Shown here: positions 10,479 to 20,641 of the stretch, piece after piece
Layout of the letters: each line of letters begins with the position of its first letter
Numbering within the stretch: the first letter of the stretch is position 1
Virus record (IMG/VR): IMGVR_UViG_3300006065_000002
Length of the DNA: 64,000 nt
Source of the DNA: a virus
Direction: 5' to 3' (one strand)
Notes under the pieces: model-generated
Database searches by the model: none
What the model was told of the DNA's origin: nothing
What the model saw: the letters and a program-made list of their open reading frames with translations, nothing else
Made by a program: the position numbers and the translations under genes

Positions 10479-10718
10479 ATGGCTAGTAAAAAATCAAAAG
10501 AAAAATCTTCACATCCTGGACATAGCGATATGCCTAAATATCGTAGATTGATAAAAATGTTATCATTTAGGATAGTGCCTGCTTATTATAAAAAAATAGA
10601 AGACGTGGCAAATGATAAAGATACTACGGTGTCTGCTTTAATTAGAAGATATATTAAAGAAGGTATGATACGTGATTTAGAAATGAAAGGTTCTGATACT
10701 GACTTTAGAATAGAATAA
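10479..10718 (+). CDS. Ribbon-helix-helix DNA-binding protein
   Basis: LSFRI...IEDVA...TVSALIRRYI. Confidence 0.55.
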   Translation: MASKKSKEKSSHPGHSDMPKYRRLIKMLSFRIVPAYYKKIEDVANDKDTTVSALIRRYIKEGMIRDLEMKGSDTDFRIE

Positions 10719-10765
10719 AAAAATCCTTATATTAGAAAGAACTTCTGGTATTATCAGAAGTTCTT

Positions 10766-11359
10766 TTATTTTAATAAATGTGGTTTTGATTCTTGTAAAC
10801 CTGCATTGGTTATAACAACATATTCTGGATTAAAATTTTCTAAACTATCTGCACCTGCATATGATAAAGCGGATTTAAGACCATCAACTAAGCCATTTAT
10901 AATAAACTTTACACCACCCTTATATGAGACAATAGTTGATTCACCTTCAACATTACGTGTTTCTTTATTGTGTGTTATTTTAGTTTCCAATGATGCTGAA
11001 CCTCTATATCTTTTATATAATCCATTTGGTGTTTCAATAATTTTACCTGGAGTTTCTTCTGTTCCAGATAATAATGAACCTAACATAACAGTACTTGCAC
11101 CTAAAGATAAAGCTTTAGCTATGTCACCGCTCGATCTTATTCCACCATCTGCCATTACTGGTACATTTGCAACTGAAATAACATCTTCAAGAGCTGTTAC
11201 GTTTGGTACACCAAACCCCGTTTGTAATCTAGTTGTACATAAAGAATTATGTACAACAATTCCATTTATGTTATACGAATGATCTTTATTGATTGTTAAA
11301 TCATATACATCACCTTTGTAATGTTTTTTTTCAATTGTTTTAATCTCAATTAATTTCAT
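10766..11359 (-). CDS. guaB: IMPDH/GuaB C-terminal half fused to split-intein IntC
   Basis: MKLIEIK...VYDLTI...NGIVVHN|SLCTTR (catalytic Cys), ADGGIRSSGD, YRGSAS. Confidence 0.9.
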   Translation of the reverse strand: MKLIEIKTIEKKHYKGDVYDLTINKDHSYNINGIVVHNSLCTTRLQTGFGVPNVTALEDVISVANVPVMADGGIRSSGDIAKALSLGASTVMLGSLLSGTEETPGKIIETPNGLYKRYRGSASLETKITHNKETRNVEGESTIVSYKGGVKFIINGLVDGLKSALSYAGADSLENFNPEYVVITNAGLQESKPHLLK

Positions 11360-12187
11360 TTTTTAATTTATTTTTAAAATTATCATTGTTTATTTCTGTT
11401 TCCCATAATCTAATTAATTTGAAATTGTGATTTAATGCGAATAAATTTTTATTTTCATCTTGTTTTATTTTATTTAGTTGTATTTCATTTAATTTCTTTT
11501 TACCATTAGAACCATCTAAATTATAAAACATTGGGTTTCCATGCCAATAATCACCATCTACTTCAATTAAAATCCTTAAATCTTTTATACCAAAATCATA
11601 TTGATTTTGACCAAGTATTATTGAAATGTGTGGTTAATATTTAATTCATTTAAAAAATCATGTACTTTTTTTTCTATTTTATTCATTTTAGAACACATAA
11701 ATTGTTTTTTATGAGACGCTCTAGATGCTTTGGATTTTATTTCTTTATATAAAACTGGGTTTTTTATCATTAATTTTTTCTGTCCGATTGACATTTTTTC
11801 TGTCCAATTTTTATATTCATCATCAGTTAAATTATCATACCAGATTTTATTTTTCATTTTTATTTTATTCATCGTATCAATTTTATGTGTTTTTCCATAA
11901 AATCCATTTTTATTTCCCATAGTTTTATTACTCATGTTTTCTCTATATTCCTTTGATTTAACAATATTTAAAAACTTTTCTTTTATTTTATCGTTAAACA
12001 TAGGATTATTTAACTTCAAATTACATATTTTACAATAATATTTAGTATTCAATATTTTTGAATCGTACCATTTTCTTTTTATTATCTCTTTACATTCGTG
12101 ACATTGTATTTCATATCCTGTTTTAAAATATTTAGGTTCGGGAATGTCTGTTATTTCTATACCATTAATCAAAATTTTATTAATCAT
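11346..12187 (-). pseudogene. Free-standing endonuclease (Zn finger + NUMOD3-like + Vsr/DUF559-like domain) with a 1-nt frameshift near 11625
   Basis: Frame 1 ends NHTFQ*; the -1 frame continues SIILGQNQYDFGIKDLRILIEVDGDYWHGNP...LIRLWETE. Confidence 0.8.
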
Positions 12188-12245
12188 CGTGAAAATTTTT
12201 TATATAATATCATAGTGTATCACCACCATTATTATATAAAATACA

Positions 12246-13142
12246 TTAAAGTTGAATTAAAAAATAATCAGTTGTTAGATTTTCTGAAGAAACCCATTCA
12301 GCATATTGATGAATATCATCATCATTAATAATCATTTTCATAAATTTTTTGTTTATAACATAAAATTCATGATTTTTTGTACATTCTATACCATTAATTA
12401 TCATAATTTCTTCATCTTTGTTATAAACCATTTTATTTATAACAGTCTGTTCACTGCCCGTATGCGTATAGACTATATCACCTATTTCTATATCTTTAAT
12501 TTTTTTCAAACCATTTATTGTTTTCACTTCCATGTTTGGGGTAAAACAACCACCTCCCACTCCGACTCTAAGTCCGTCAGCACCAGCATATTGTAAATCT
12601 AATGCAGCTTTTGCTGTTACAATATTACCAGCTATAATATCAATTTCAGATGGTAAATTTTGTTTACACCACGATATCATAGAAAATACGTTTGAATGGT
12701 GTCCATGTGCAACATCAATTAAAAGAACATTTGCATTGTGTTTAACTAAAGACTCTGCACGTTTTTTATCTTCATCATGTACACCAATTGCTGCCATAAT
12801 TGGTATTGATTTTATTTCACTATGCCAATCATCAAACATGATACCCCAATCTTCATATGGTCCACCAAAACCTTCACCATATATTTTATAGTATAACATA
12901 TGTATTTGTTCGGATTGTTCTTCAATGGACATAAATCGATGTATACAACCAACACCGCCCATCAAAAATAATTTGTAAGCCATTTCTATTTCACATATAG
13001 TATCCATTGGTGAAGCAACAAAAGGTCTTAATAATCCATAACGTCTACTTAACAATGTATGTAGTTTAATATCACTTCTAGATGATATGTTACTAAATTT
13101 TGGAACTAATTGTATATCATCGTATGTTAATGCTTCTTTCAT
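12246..13142 (-). CDS. guaB: IMPDH/GuaB N-terminal half fused to split-intein IntN
   Basis: ALTYDDIQLVP, ASPMDT, IDVAHGH, AGNIVT, GVGGG|CFTPNMEVKT...CTKNHEF...FLIQL* (TAA). Confidence 0.9.
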   Translation of the reverse strand: MKEALTYDDIQLVPKFSNISSRSDIKLHTLLSRRYGLLRPFVASPMDTICEIEMAYKLFLMGGVGCIHRFMSIEEQSEQIHMLYYKIYGEGFGGPYEDWGIMFDDWHSEIKSIPIMAAIGVHDEDKKRAESLVKHNANVLLIDVAHGHHSNVFSMISWCKQNLPSEIDIIAGNIVTAKAALDLQYAGADGLRVGVGGGCFTPNMEVKTINGLKKIKDIEIGDIVYTHTGSEQTVINKMVYNKDEEIMIINGIECTKNHEFYVINKKFMKMIINDDDIHQYAEWVSSENLTTDYFLIQL

Positions 13143-13253
13143 ATATTAGATTTTATATTGAAAATATATGTTTTTTTTTCAAATTAAACAAATATTTTTG
13201 AATTTTTATTTCAATATTATCTAATATTTATTATAATAAAAAATGATTATATA

Positions 13254-13586
13254 ATGAATATTATTCAAGAAGAAACTGTAAAAAAAATATTAAATAAAAT
13301 TTTAATAGAAGAATCATCAAAAGTTAAAAGGGATGAATTTAATAGAGTTCAATATAAAATAGAAGAATTTGAAAATTCTCTTGTTGAATCTATGAAAGAG
13401 TTAAGGAAATTACAAGATTCTATACCATCTGGATTAGAAACAATAACAAAACATAAAATTTCTCAGATACAAAATAATTTATCTAATTCTCAACTACATA
13501 TTAAACAATTAAAGGAAAAAATTAAAAAATTTAAACGATCATTATATAGTCAAGATATTGTTGAAAAAAAAACAAATAAACCTTGA
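13254..13586 (+). CDS. Hypothetical coiled-coil protein
   Basis: 110 aa; TATTTATT at 13225. Confidence 0.75.
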   Translation: MNIIQEETVKKILNKILIEESSKVKRDEFNRVQYKIEEFENSLVESMKELRKLQDSIPSGLETITKHKISQIQNNLSNSQLHIKQLKEKIKKFKRSLYSQDIVEKKTNKP

Positions 13587-13635
13587 TGTTTGTGTTTTTT
13601 TTTAGTATTATTTCCATAAAATATAAAAATATAAT

Positions 13636-14886
13636 ATGGAAAATGGAAAAATTTTTATTCAAATTGCGTCATATCGAGATCCGCAATTATTACCTACAAT
13701 AAAAGACTGTATTAAAAACGCTAAATATCCTGAAAATTTAGTGTTTTCTATTGCTTGGCAACATTCAGTTGATGATAAATGGGATGATTTATCTGAGTTT
13801 AAAGATGATCCAAGATTTAAAATAATTGATATTGACTATAAAGAAGCATATGGAGCTTGTTGGGCTAGAAATACCTTACAACAACAATATGATGATGAAG
13901 AATATACGTTACAATTAGATTCACATCATAGATTTGTTGAAGATTGGGATGAAGTTTGTATAAATATGATTAAACAGCTTCAAGAAAAGGGATACAAAAA
14001 ACCATTATTAACAGGTTATATGCCATCTTATGAACCTGATAATGATCCAGCTGGTAGAGCAAAAGAACCTTGGAAAATGAATTTTGATCGTTTTATTCCT
14101 GAAGGTGCTATGTTTTTTCTTCCTGCATCTATAGATAATTGGAAAGAATTAACCGAACCAATACCATCTAGATTTTATTCTGCACATTTTTGTTTTACAT
14201 TAGGTCAATTTGTAAAGGAAGTACCACATGATCCAGAATATTATTTTCATGGTGAAGAAATTTCTATTGCTGTGAGAGCATATACATGGGGATATGATTT
14301 ATTTCATCCACATAGAATGGTTGTTTGGCATGAATATACAAGAAAAGGAAGAACTAAACAATGGGATGATGACCCGAAATGGTCATTAAGAAATGATAGG
14401 TGTCACGAAAAAAATCGTAAGCTTTTTGGTATGGATGGTGCTGTTAGGGATGAAGATTTTGGTGTTTACGATTTCGGCCCAGTAAGAAGTCTTAGGGAAT
14501 ATGAAAAATATGCGGGTCTTTCTTTTAAAAGAAGAGCTGTTACACAATATACTCTTGATAATAATTTAGCACCAAATCCTGAATTATCTGATGAAGAATT
14601 TGAAGATTCTTTATTAAACATATTTAAACATTGTATAGATGTTCTATATCATCAAGTACCATATACTGATTACGATTTTTGGGCTGTTGCTTTTGAAAAT
14701 GAAAGTGGTGAAACTATTTTTAGACAAGATGCTGAACCTGATGAAATTAAAAGAATGAAAAACGATCCAGATGGGTATTGTAAAGTATGGAGAACATTTA
14801 ATACGAATGAAAGACCTGCTAGATGGGTTGTTTGGCCACATTCGATTAAACATGGGTGGTGCGAAAGATTAACAGGTGATATTTAA
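13636..14886 (+). CDS. GlcNAc-transferase family glycosyltransferase (Skp1-hydroxyproline GlcNAc-T-like)
   Basis: IFIQIASYRD, GACWAR, LQLDSHHRF, YFHGEEI, GYDLFHP. Confidence 0.8.
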   Translation: MENGKIFIQIASYRDPQLLPTIKDCIKNAKYPENLVFSIAWQHSVDDKWDDLSEFKDDPRFKIIDIDYKEAYGACWARNTLQQQYDDEEYTLQLDSHHRFVEDWDEVCINMIKQLQEKGYKKPLLTGYMPSYEPDNDPAGRAKEPWKMNFDRFIPEGAMFFLPASIDNWKELTEPIPSRFYSAHFCFTLGQFVKEVPHDPEYYFHGEEISIAVRAYTWGYDLFHPHRMVVWHEYTRKGRTKQWDDDPKWSLRNDRCHEKNRKLFGMDGAVRDEDFGVYDFGPVRSLREYEKYAGLSFKRRAVTQYTLDNNLAPNPELSDEEFEDSLLNIFKHCIDVLYHQVPYTDYDFWAVAFENESGETIFRQDAEPDEIKRMKNDPDGYCKVWRTFNTNERPARWVVWPHSIKHGWCERLTGDI

Positions 14887-14938
14887 TTTATGGTGAAAAC
14901 CCTAATTAATAATTTTAAAAAAAAAATTAAAAAAAAAT

Positions 14939-16519
14939 ATGGCAAATATATCATTTTACGGTTCACATAACGCGTCAGTTGTTATTGAAGAAAATGGAAA
15001 AATAATCGTTGTAATAGAAGTAGAAAGATTTTTAAATAGAAAAAATGCTGGATACTCACAATATTTTCCAGCAATTACTAGAAGAGATCTTTTACCTGAA
15101 ATTCTCAAATGGGTGAAAAACACATATAATATTTCCGAATATGAAAATTGTTTTCCATTAAATTCTGATACAGTTGAGGGTGAAAATATGGTATTTTATG
15201 ATAAACTAATACCAGCAAAAAATTATATTCCATCTTTACATCATTTTTCACACGCATCGTCAGCATTTTATCAAACACCATATAATGAGGCGTTAATAGT
15301 TTCATTCGATGGTGGTGGTAATGATGGATTTTTTAATATTTATCACGCATCAGATAGAAAAACTATAACTGAAGTAGAAAGGTTAAATATCGATTTAGGT
15401 TTTCCTTATATGTATTTTGGTGATTTTATGAGTGATATAAAAAAAGAACATGATTTAAGTACCGGTAATTTAACTTATTCAGGTAAAATTATGGGTTTAT
15501 GTTCTTATGGTAATGTTAGAGAAGAATGGAAAATACCGGTTAAAGAGTTTTATCTTTCTAGACCTAATGGTTTAAATTGTTATGGTTTATTTGAAGAAAT
15601 GTGTAAAAAAATAAATTTAGAAGTTGATAGAGAAACAAGATTTTCAGGACAAGATTCATGGGATTTAGTTAAAACGTCACAAATTGTTTTTGAGGAAATA
15701 GTGATAGAATTAATAAGACCATTCTTAGAAAAATACCCTAATATTCCATTAATATTAACTGGTGGTTGTGCTTTAAATATATTATTAAACACACGTTTAA
15801 AAGAAGAATTAGATAGGGATGTATTTATACCACCAAATCCTAATGACTGTGGTATAGCATCTGGTTTAATATTGTCTTATTTAAAACCAGATGAAGCTGT
15901 GGATTTAACATATGCAGGAATACCTATTTTAGATGAATCAACTTTAATGTCACAATTAGAACGAATTTATATTTACGAAAGAGCTGAAATAGTTAAATTA
16001 GCAGAATTTTTAAGTAAAGGTAAAATTTTGGGTGTTGTTAGAGATAGATCGGAACATGGTCCTAGAGCATTGGGTAATAGAAGTATTTTATGTGATCCGA
16101 CTTTTCCTGATATGAAAGATATTCTTAACGCAAAAGTTAAAAATAGAGAATGGTATAGACCTTTTGCACCTGTTGTAAGATTAGAAGATGTATCAAAATA
16201 TTTTGAATTTGAAGGTGAAAGTAGATGGATGACTTTTTGCCCAAAAGTAAGAGAAGAATGGAGGGAAAAGTTAGTATCAATTACACATGTTGATGGTACT
16301 GCAAGAGTTCAAACAATAACTAGAGAACAAAATGAATGGTTATATAATTTGTTAACTGAATTTGAAAAAATAACAGGTGTTGGTGTATTATTAAATACAT
16401 CATTTAATGTTGCTGGTAAACCTATTTTATCAACTTATAAAGATGCCATTGATGTTTATGAAAAAACTCAAATGGATGGTTTATTATTACAAGATTATTT
16501 TGTTAAAAAAAATCAGTAA
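14939..16519 (+). CDS. NodU/CmcH-family carbamoyltransferase
   Basis: HHFSHASSAF, DGGG, GGCALN, GPRALGNRSIL, KNREWYRPFAP, HVDGTARVQT, LLNTSFN. Confidence 0.92.
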   Translation: MANISFYGSHNASVVIEENGKIIVVIEVERFLNRKNAGYSQYFPAITRRDLLPEILKWVKNTYNISEYENCFPLNSDTVEGENMVFYDKLIPAKNYIPSLHHFSHASSAFYQTPYNEALIVSFDGGGNDGFFNIYHASDRKTITEVERLNIDLGFPYMYFGDFMSDIKKEHDLSTGNLTYSGKIMGLCSYGNVREEWKIPVKEFYLSRPNGLNCYGLFEEMCKKINLEVDRETRFSGQDSWDLVKTSQIVFEEIVIELIRPFLEKYPNIPLILTGGCALNILLNTRLKEELDRDVFIPPNPNDCGIASGLILSYLKPDEAVDLTYAGIPILDESTLMSQLERIYIYERAEIVKLAEFLSKGKILGVVRDRSEHGPRALGNRSILCDPTFPDMKDILNAKVKNREWYRPFAPVVRLEDVSKYFEFEGESRWMTFCPKVREEWREKLVSITHVDGTARVQTITREQNEWLYNLLTEFEKITGVGVLLNTSFNVAGKPILSTYKDAIDVYEKTQMDGLLLQDYFVKKNQ

Positions 16520-16562
16520 ATGTTAGATATTATAAATAATGAAAATGTAATACCATATAAAA

Positions 16563-17399
16563 ATGATAGAAATTTTTGATGGACACGATAAATCGATTGA
16601 CGATAATAATTTTACAAGTGTAAAAAAAAATCTTGGAAATAAAATGTTTATATATAGTTGTAGTAGATTACTTTCAGATATTTTAGATTGTGATTTAAAA
16701 TCACCTGAAAAAGCATTAATAGGTAGAAATTTAAATTCAACAGGTGAATTTTTATATTCATTTTTTCCTTTTCATAGTGTAATTAAAGGAAAAAAACTAG
16801 ATGAACCATTTTATATACTTGATGATCATCACATGATACAATATGAAACATTAGATAATGTAGTTAAACATATGGGTTCTAACGCTATTTTAATATGTAC
16901 TTATTTTTCAAAATATGATTATATAAAACCATATAAAAATAAGGTTAAAGAATATTACAAAGATTTAGTTTTACCTAAAAGAAATGATAATAGTATGATT
17001 TTAATGTTACGTGATAGTAATAAAGATAAAAGTTTTAAATTACCATATCAATATTATATCGACATATTAAAAAAAGAAAATTTCAGTAAATTATATGTTA
17101 GTTTAGATCATTTAGAAAATCATCAATATTTTTTAAATAAAATAAAAAAATACAAACCAGAAATTTTAGATGGTGATATATTGTCATTATTTAAAACAAT
17201 AACGTCTTTCGATAAAATAATTGCTTGTCAAGGTACTTTTTCATTTTGGGCTAGTTTTCTTTCCAACGCTGATATTATTTATTGGCCAATTACTGAAGAT
17301 GGACCAAATGCAGGTATTTTTTCAAAATCACCTGTCATTAAAAACTATGTTAATTTATTAGTTGACGATGAAAGTAGATATAAACATATATATATTTAA
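16563..17399 (+). CDS. GT11 (alpha-1,2-fucosyltransferase)-like protein
   Basis: LMLRDS and IIACQGTFSFWASFLS resemble GT11 motifs. Confidence 0.55.
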   Translation: MIEIFDGHDKSIDDNNFTSVKKNLGNKMFIYSCSRLLSDILDCDLKSPEKALIGRNLNSTGEFLYSFFPFHSVIKGKKLDEPFYILDDHHMIQYETLDNVVKHMGSNAILICTYFSKYDYIKPYKNKVKEYYKDLVLPKRNDNSMILMLRDSNKDKSFKLPYQYYIDILKKENFSKLYVSLDHLENHQYFLNKIKKYKPEILDGDILSLFKTITSFDKIIACQGTFSFWASFLSNADIIYWPITEDGPNAGIFSKSPVIKNYVNLLVDDESRYKHIYI

Positions 17400-17403
17400 A
17401 GAT

Positions 17404-18099
17404 ATGAATAATAAAATAATAGCATTTACCTTATTTGGTCAGGACATAAAATATTATGTCGGTGCACAAAAAAACGTTAATTTAATTAATAAATTATTAC
17501 CTGATTGGGAAATAAAAATTTACTACCATGATAAAAATTTGAATAAAGATTTTATTAATTTAATAAATGATTTAAAATGTACATTGATAAATGTTGATAT
17601 ATTTCAAGATTTATTTAAAAAAGATTTAAGTGATTTTCCTATACCTTATTTTTGGAGATTTATTTCCTTTTTTGACGATAATATATCCATTGTTAGGGAT
17701 TTAGATAGTAGAATATCAGAAAGAGAAGTAAAATATATACAAAGATGGTTAGATAATGGTAAACCTTATTTTGTAATTAGAGATCATCCTTGGCATAGTC
17801 AATATCCGGCTGGATTATTTGGTATTAAAGGAAATACTAAAGATTTTAAAAATTTTATGATAGACTACATAAACAAAAAAGATGATTTACGATGGGGTGA
17901 TGATCAACATATTTTAGATGAGTTTATGTTAGAAGTTAATAAAGATGAAATTGAATATTGTGGATATGATAGGTCAGAAACATATATAAGACGAGAAAAC
18001 CCTGATTTTTTTATTGGAATACAATTAGACGAAAACGATAAACCAACAGAACTTGGTGGTGTATTGGGAATAAACCATTTAAAAAGTATGAATTTATGA
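17404..18099 (+). CDS. Putative glycosyltransferase-like protein
   Basis: FTLFGQDIKY, FWRF, VRDLDSR, IRDHPWH; start moved to MNNK. Confidence 0.55.
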   Translation: MNNKIIAFTLFGQDIKYYVGAQKNVNLINKLLPDWEIKIYYHDKNLNKDFINLINDLKCTLINVDIFQDLFKKDLSDFPIPYFWRFISFFDDNISIVRDLDSRISEREVKYIQRWLDNGKPYFVIRDHPWHSQYPAGLFGIKGNTKDFKNFMIDYINKKDDLRWGDDQHILDEFMLEVNKDEIEYCGYDRSETYIRRENPDFFIGIQLDENDKPTELGGVLGINHLKSMNL

Positions 18100-18839
18100 A
18101 ATATTGTATAATTACACTATCTATAGGTGAAAAATATATAGAAATGGCTGTAAATATGTTTAAGTCATTTAAAGAAAAAACAGAACATTGTGATTTTGTT
18201 ATAACAACAATGGAACCAAGAGAATATGATGAAAATGATTTCATTATATGGAAATATATTCACCCACCTTTTGATGTTAAAGGACCAGGTGGTAATTTTT
18301 ATTATAATCTAAAATCTTTAGCTTTTAGAAGTGTTATTGACTTAAATGATAATAATGGAAATTTATATGATTATGTAGTATTCCTTGATGCTGATATGTT
18401 TATGTATGAAAAGTTTAGGGAAGAAAATTTTCTTAATTTATTTGATTATATGGAACAAAATGATGTTGACATGATATTTGAAAGACCAGCAAAAATTTCT
18501 AGTCATAAAGATAATCTTGATAGATGTTTTTTTAAACAAAAATTAACACATTATTATGCAGATAGACATACAAAATGGGATGAAGGTTATGTGATGAATG
18601 AACAATTTCTAATTGTCAAATATAACTGGAAATATATCTTTTTCACAATAAGATGGGAACAAATGTTATGGTACAGTATTAGACACCATATTATAAATTT
18701 CGCTGAAGGTTTTGAGATGGGTATATCAGCATTAGAAGCTGATATGAAAATGGTAAGTGTAGAAGAAATAAAGGATATGGTACATGACATATTTTATTTT
18801 TTTGACCATAACGGAAAAATGTTTATTAGATATCAATGA
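18096..18839 (+). CDS. Putative GT-A glycosyltransferase
   Basis: YDYVVFLDADMF DxD motif. Confidence 0.55.
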   Translation: MKYCIITLSIGEKYIEMAVNMFKSFKEKTEHCDFVITTMEPREYDENDFIIWKYIHPPFDVKGPGGNFYYNLKSLAFRSVIDLNDNNGNLYDYVVFLDADMFMYEKFREENFLNLFDYMEQNDVDMIFERPAKISSHKDNLDRCFFKQKLTHYYADRHTKWDEGYVMNEQFLIVKYNWKYIFFTIRWEQMLWYSIRHHIINFAEGFEMGISALEADMKMVSVEEIKDMVHDIFYFFDHNGKMFIRYQ

Positions 18840-19771
18840 GAATTAAAATTGTAACAGGTTATTGGATGGATTGCCAGGGTACTCCATTCAGAGGAGTGGG
18901 TGAAGGAAGAAAAGATAGATATTTAGGTTCGATTAAAGCACATTGTGAAAACCTTAATTATCCTATAATATGTTATACACATCAAAGAAGTTATGATGAA
19001 TTGAAACATTTAAAAGATACATATAATCTAAATAATTTACAAATAAAAATTATGGAATTATATGATATGAAACTCCACAAAGAAATAAATAAAGTAAGAG
19101 AAAATACATCAATTGTTGAAGATGATGGTAGAGGAACAGAAATTTTATGGGGTAAATTAGATGTTTTAGAAAAAGAACTAAATGATTGTGATTTTATTTA
19201 TTGGATTGATGCTGGATTACAACATCCAGGTATATTTCCTTGGAGATATTCTAAAAAATATAATAAAATAGAAGATCATAAGGAATCAATACCTTATTGG
19301 TGGACAGAATATGACGTTTATAATTTTAAAGAATTATTAAATAAAAAAACAATAGATATTTTAAATAATTTATGTAAAAATAAGGTTTGTTTTTTAACTT
19401 CTAATAATCCCCAAGTTTCATATCATATATATGAAAATATAGGGGCTTTACTACCACCATATCCTATTGGTGGTTTTTTTGGTGGTGACAGTAAAAAACT
19501 TAAAAAATTCATTGAATTATATTGGGATTTTTGTTATACTTTACTTAGTAACGATAAATTAGCAACTGAAGAAGTTGTTATGAAATATTGTTATGATAAA
19601 TTAACTGAAAATGAAAAAATTAACTTTATATTTGAATATCATGCGGTGGGTGAACATGATGAATATCATTTTGAAGAATGGAATGAAAATAAAAACCCTA
19701 AACCATTATATATGGTATGGAAAGACATTTTAAATTATGAAAACAAAATTAGTAACGGCGATTTATATTGA
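18836..19771 (+). CDS. HtrL/WlaTC-like glycosyltransferase
   Basis: FIYWIDAG, GGFFGG, TEEVVM. Confidence 0.6.
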   Translation: MRIKIVTGYWMDCQGTPFRGVGEGRKDRYLGSIKAHCENLNYPIICYTHQRSYDELKHLKDTYNLNNLQIKIMELYDMKLHKEINKVRENTSIVEDDGRGTEILWGKLDVLEKELNDCDFIYWIDAGLQHPGIFPWRYSKKYNKIEDHKESIPYWWTEYDVYNFKELLNKKTIDILNNLCKNKVCFLTSNNPQVSYHIYENIGALLPPYPIGGFFGGDSKKLKKFIELYWDFCYTLLSNDKLATEEVVMKYCYDKLTENEKINFIFEYHAVGEHDEYHFEEWNENKNPKPLYMVWKDILNYENKISNGDLY

Positions 19772-20612
19772 AATAGATGGACATCCATATTATGGTCATG
19801 GTGTTGTAAGTAGATTTGATAGATATTTTTGTTCAATGAGAACTTTAAATAATTTAAATACTGAAATTATTTGTTATTGTGATGAAGAAAAATATGATAT
19901 GATTTCAGAATATATTAAAACAAATAATTTAAACAATTATACTTTAAAAATTTCAAATTTATCTTCACTACCTTATGCTGAAAAAATGAAAGAAATAAAA
20001 GAAAAAACAGATGATTTCAAATTTTATCACGAGGTAGATTGGAATAAATTTTATCTTTTAGAAAAAGAATATGATGAAACATATGATTATATATATTGGA
20101 TAGATATTGGTATATCACATAATGGTTTATTTCCACATCGTTATAATCCAAATCATCATTTAAGTACTGGTTTATCTTATGATTATAATACATTTTCATT
20201 CACATTAGCGTTTACTGACACATTATTTACTAAAATAAACAATTTTATAGGTGAAAAATTATTATTAATTAATACACGAATAATTAATCCTGATATACAT
20301 AATGTGAATAAAATTTTAGATAGAAATCTTATTTTTGATAGACAAGGTATTGGTGGATTTTTGGGTGGTCATATAAGTAATTTAAAATGGTTCATAGATA
20401 ATTTCAAAATTTTATGTGACATTTCCATAAATTCTGATTTCATATTAAATCACGAGAGTTTAATATCTGTTTTATATCAAGAAAATAAAGATAAATTTGA
20501 AACGTTTGTGTTTGATACATGGTATCACGAAGATTTACCATATCTTACTGACCAAGAGAAAAAAAATTTAGTACCTTTCTCAAAATTTTTTGATCTTATT
20601 CTAAACACTTAA
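19737..20612 (+). CDS. HtrL/WlaTC-like glycosyltransferase (paralog)
   Basis: YIYWIDIG, GGFLGG. Confidence 0.6.
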   Translation: MKTKLVTAIYIEIDGHPYYGHGVVSRFDRYFCSMRTLNNLNTEIICYCDEEKYDMISEYIKTNNLNNYTLKISNLSSLPYAEKMKEIKEKTDDFKFYHEVDWNKFYLLEKEYDETYDYIYWIDIGISHNGLFPHRYNPNHHLSTGLSYDYNTFSFTLAFTDTLFTKINNFIGEKLLLINTRIINPDIHNVNKILDRNLIFDRQGIGGFLGGHISNLKWFIDNFKILCDISINSDFILNHESLISVLYQENKDKFETFVFDTWYHEDLPYLTDQEKKNLVPFSKFFDLILNT

Positions 20613-20641
20613 AAAATAAATAACAAAAATATAAAAATAAT

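Noticed and set aside
12188-12246. Contiguous intein with readthrough instead of a split intein
   Set aside because: IntN ends at TAA, the endonuclease starts separately, and IntC has its own ATG.
10806-12891. Plus-strand ORFs opposite guaB
   Set aside because: Shadow frames of the conserved minus-strand gene halves.
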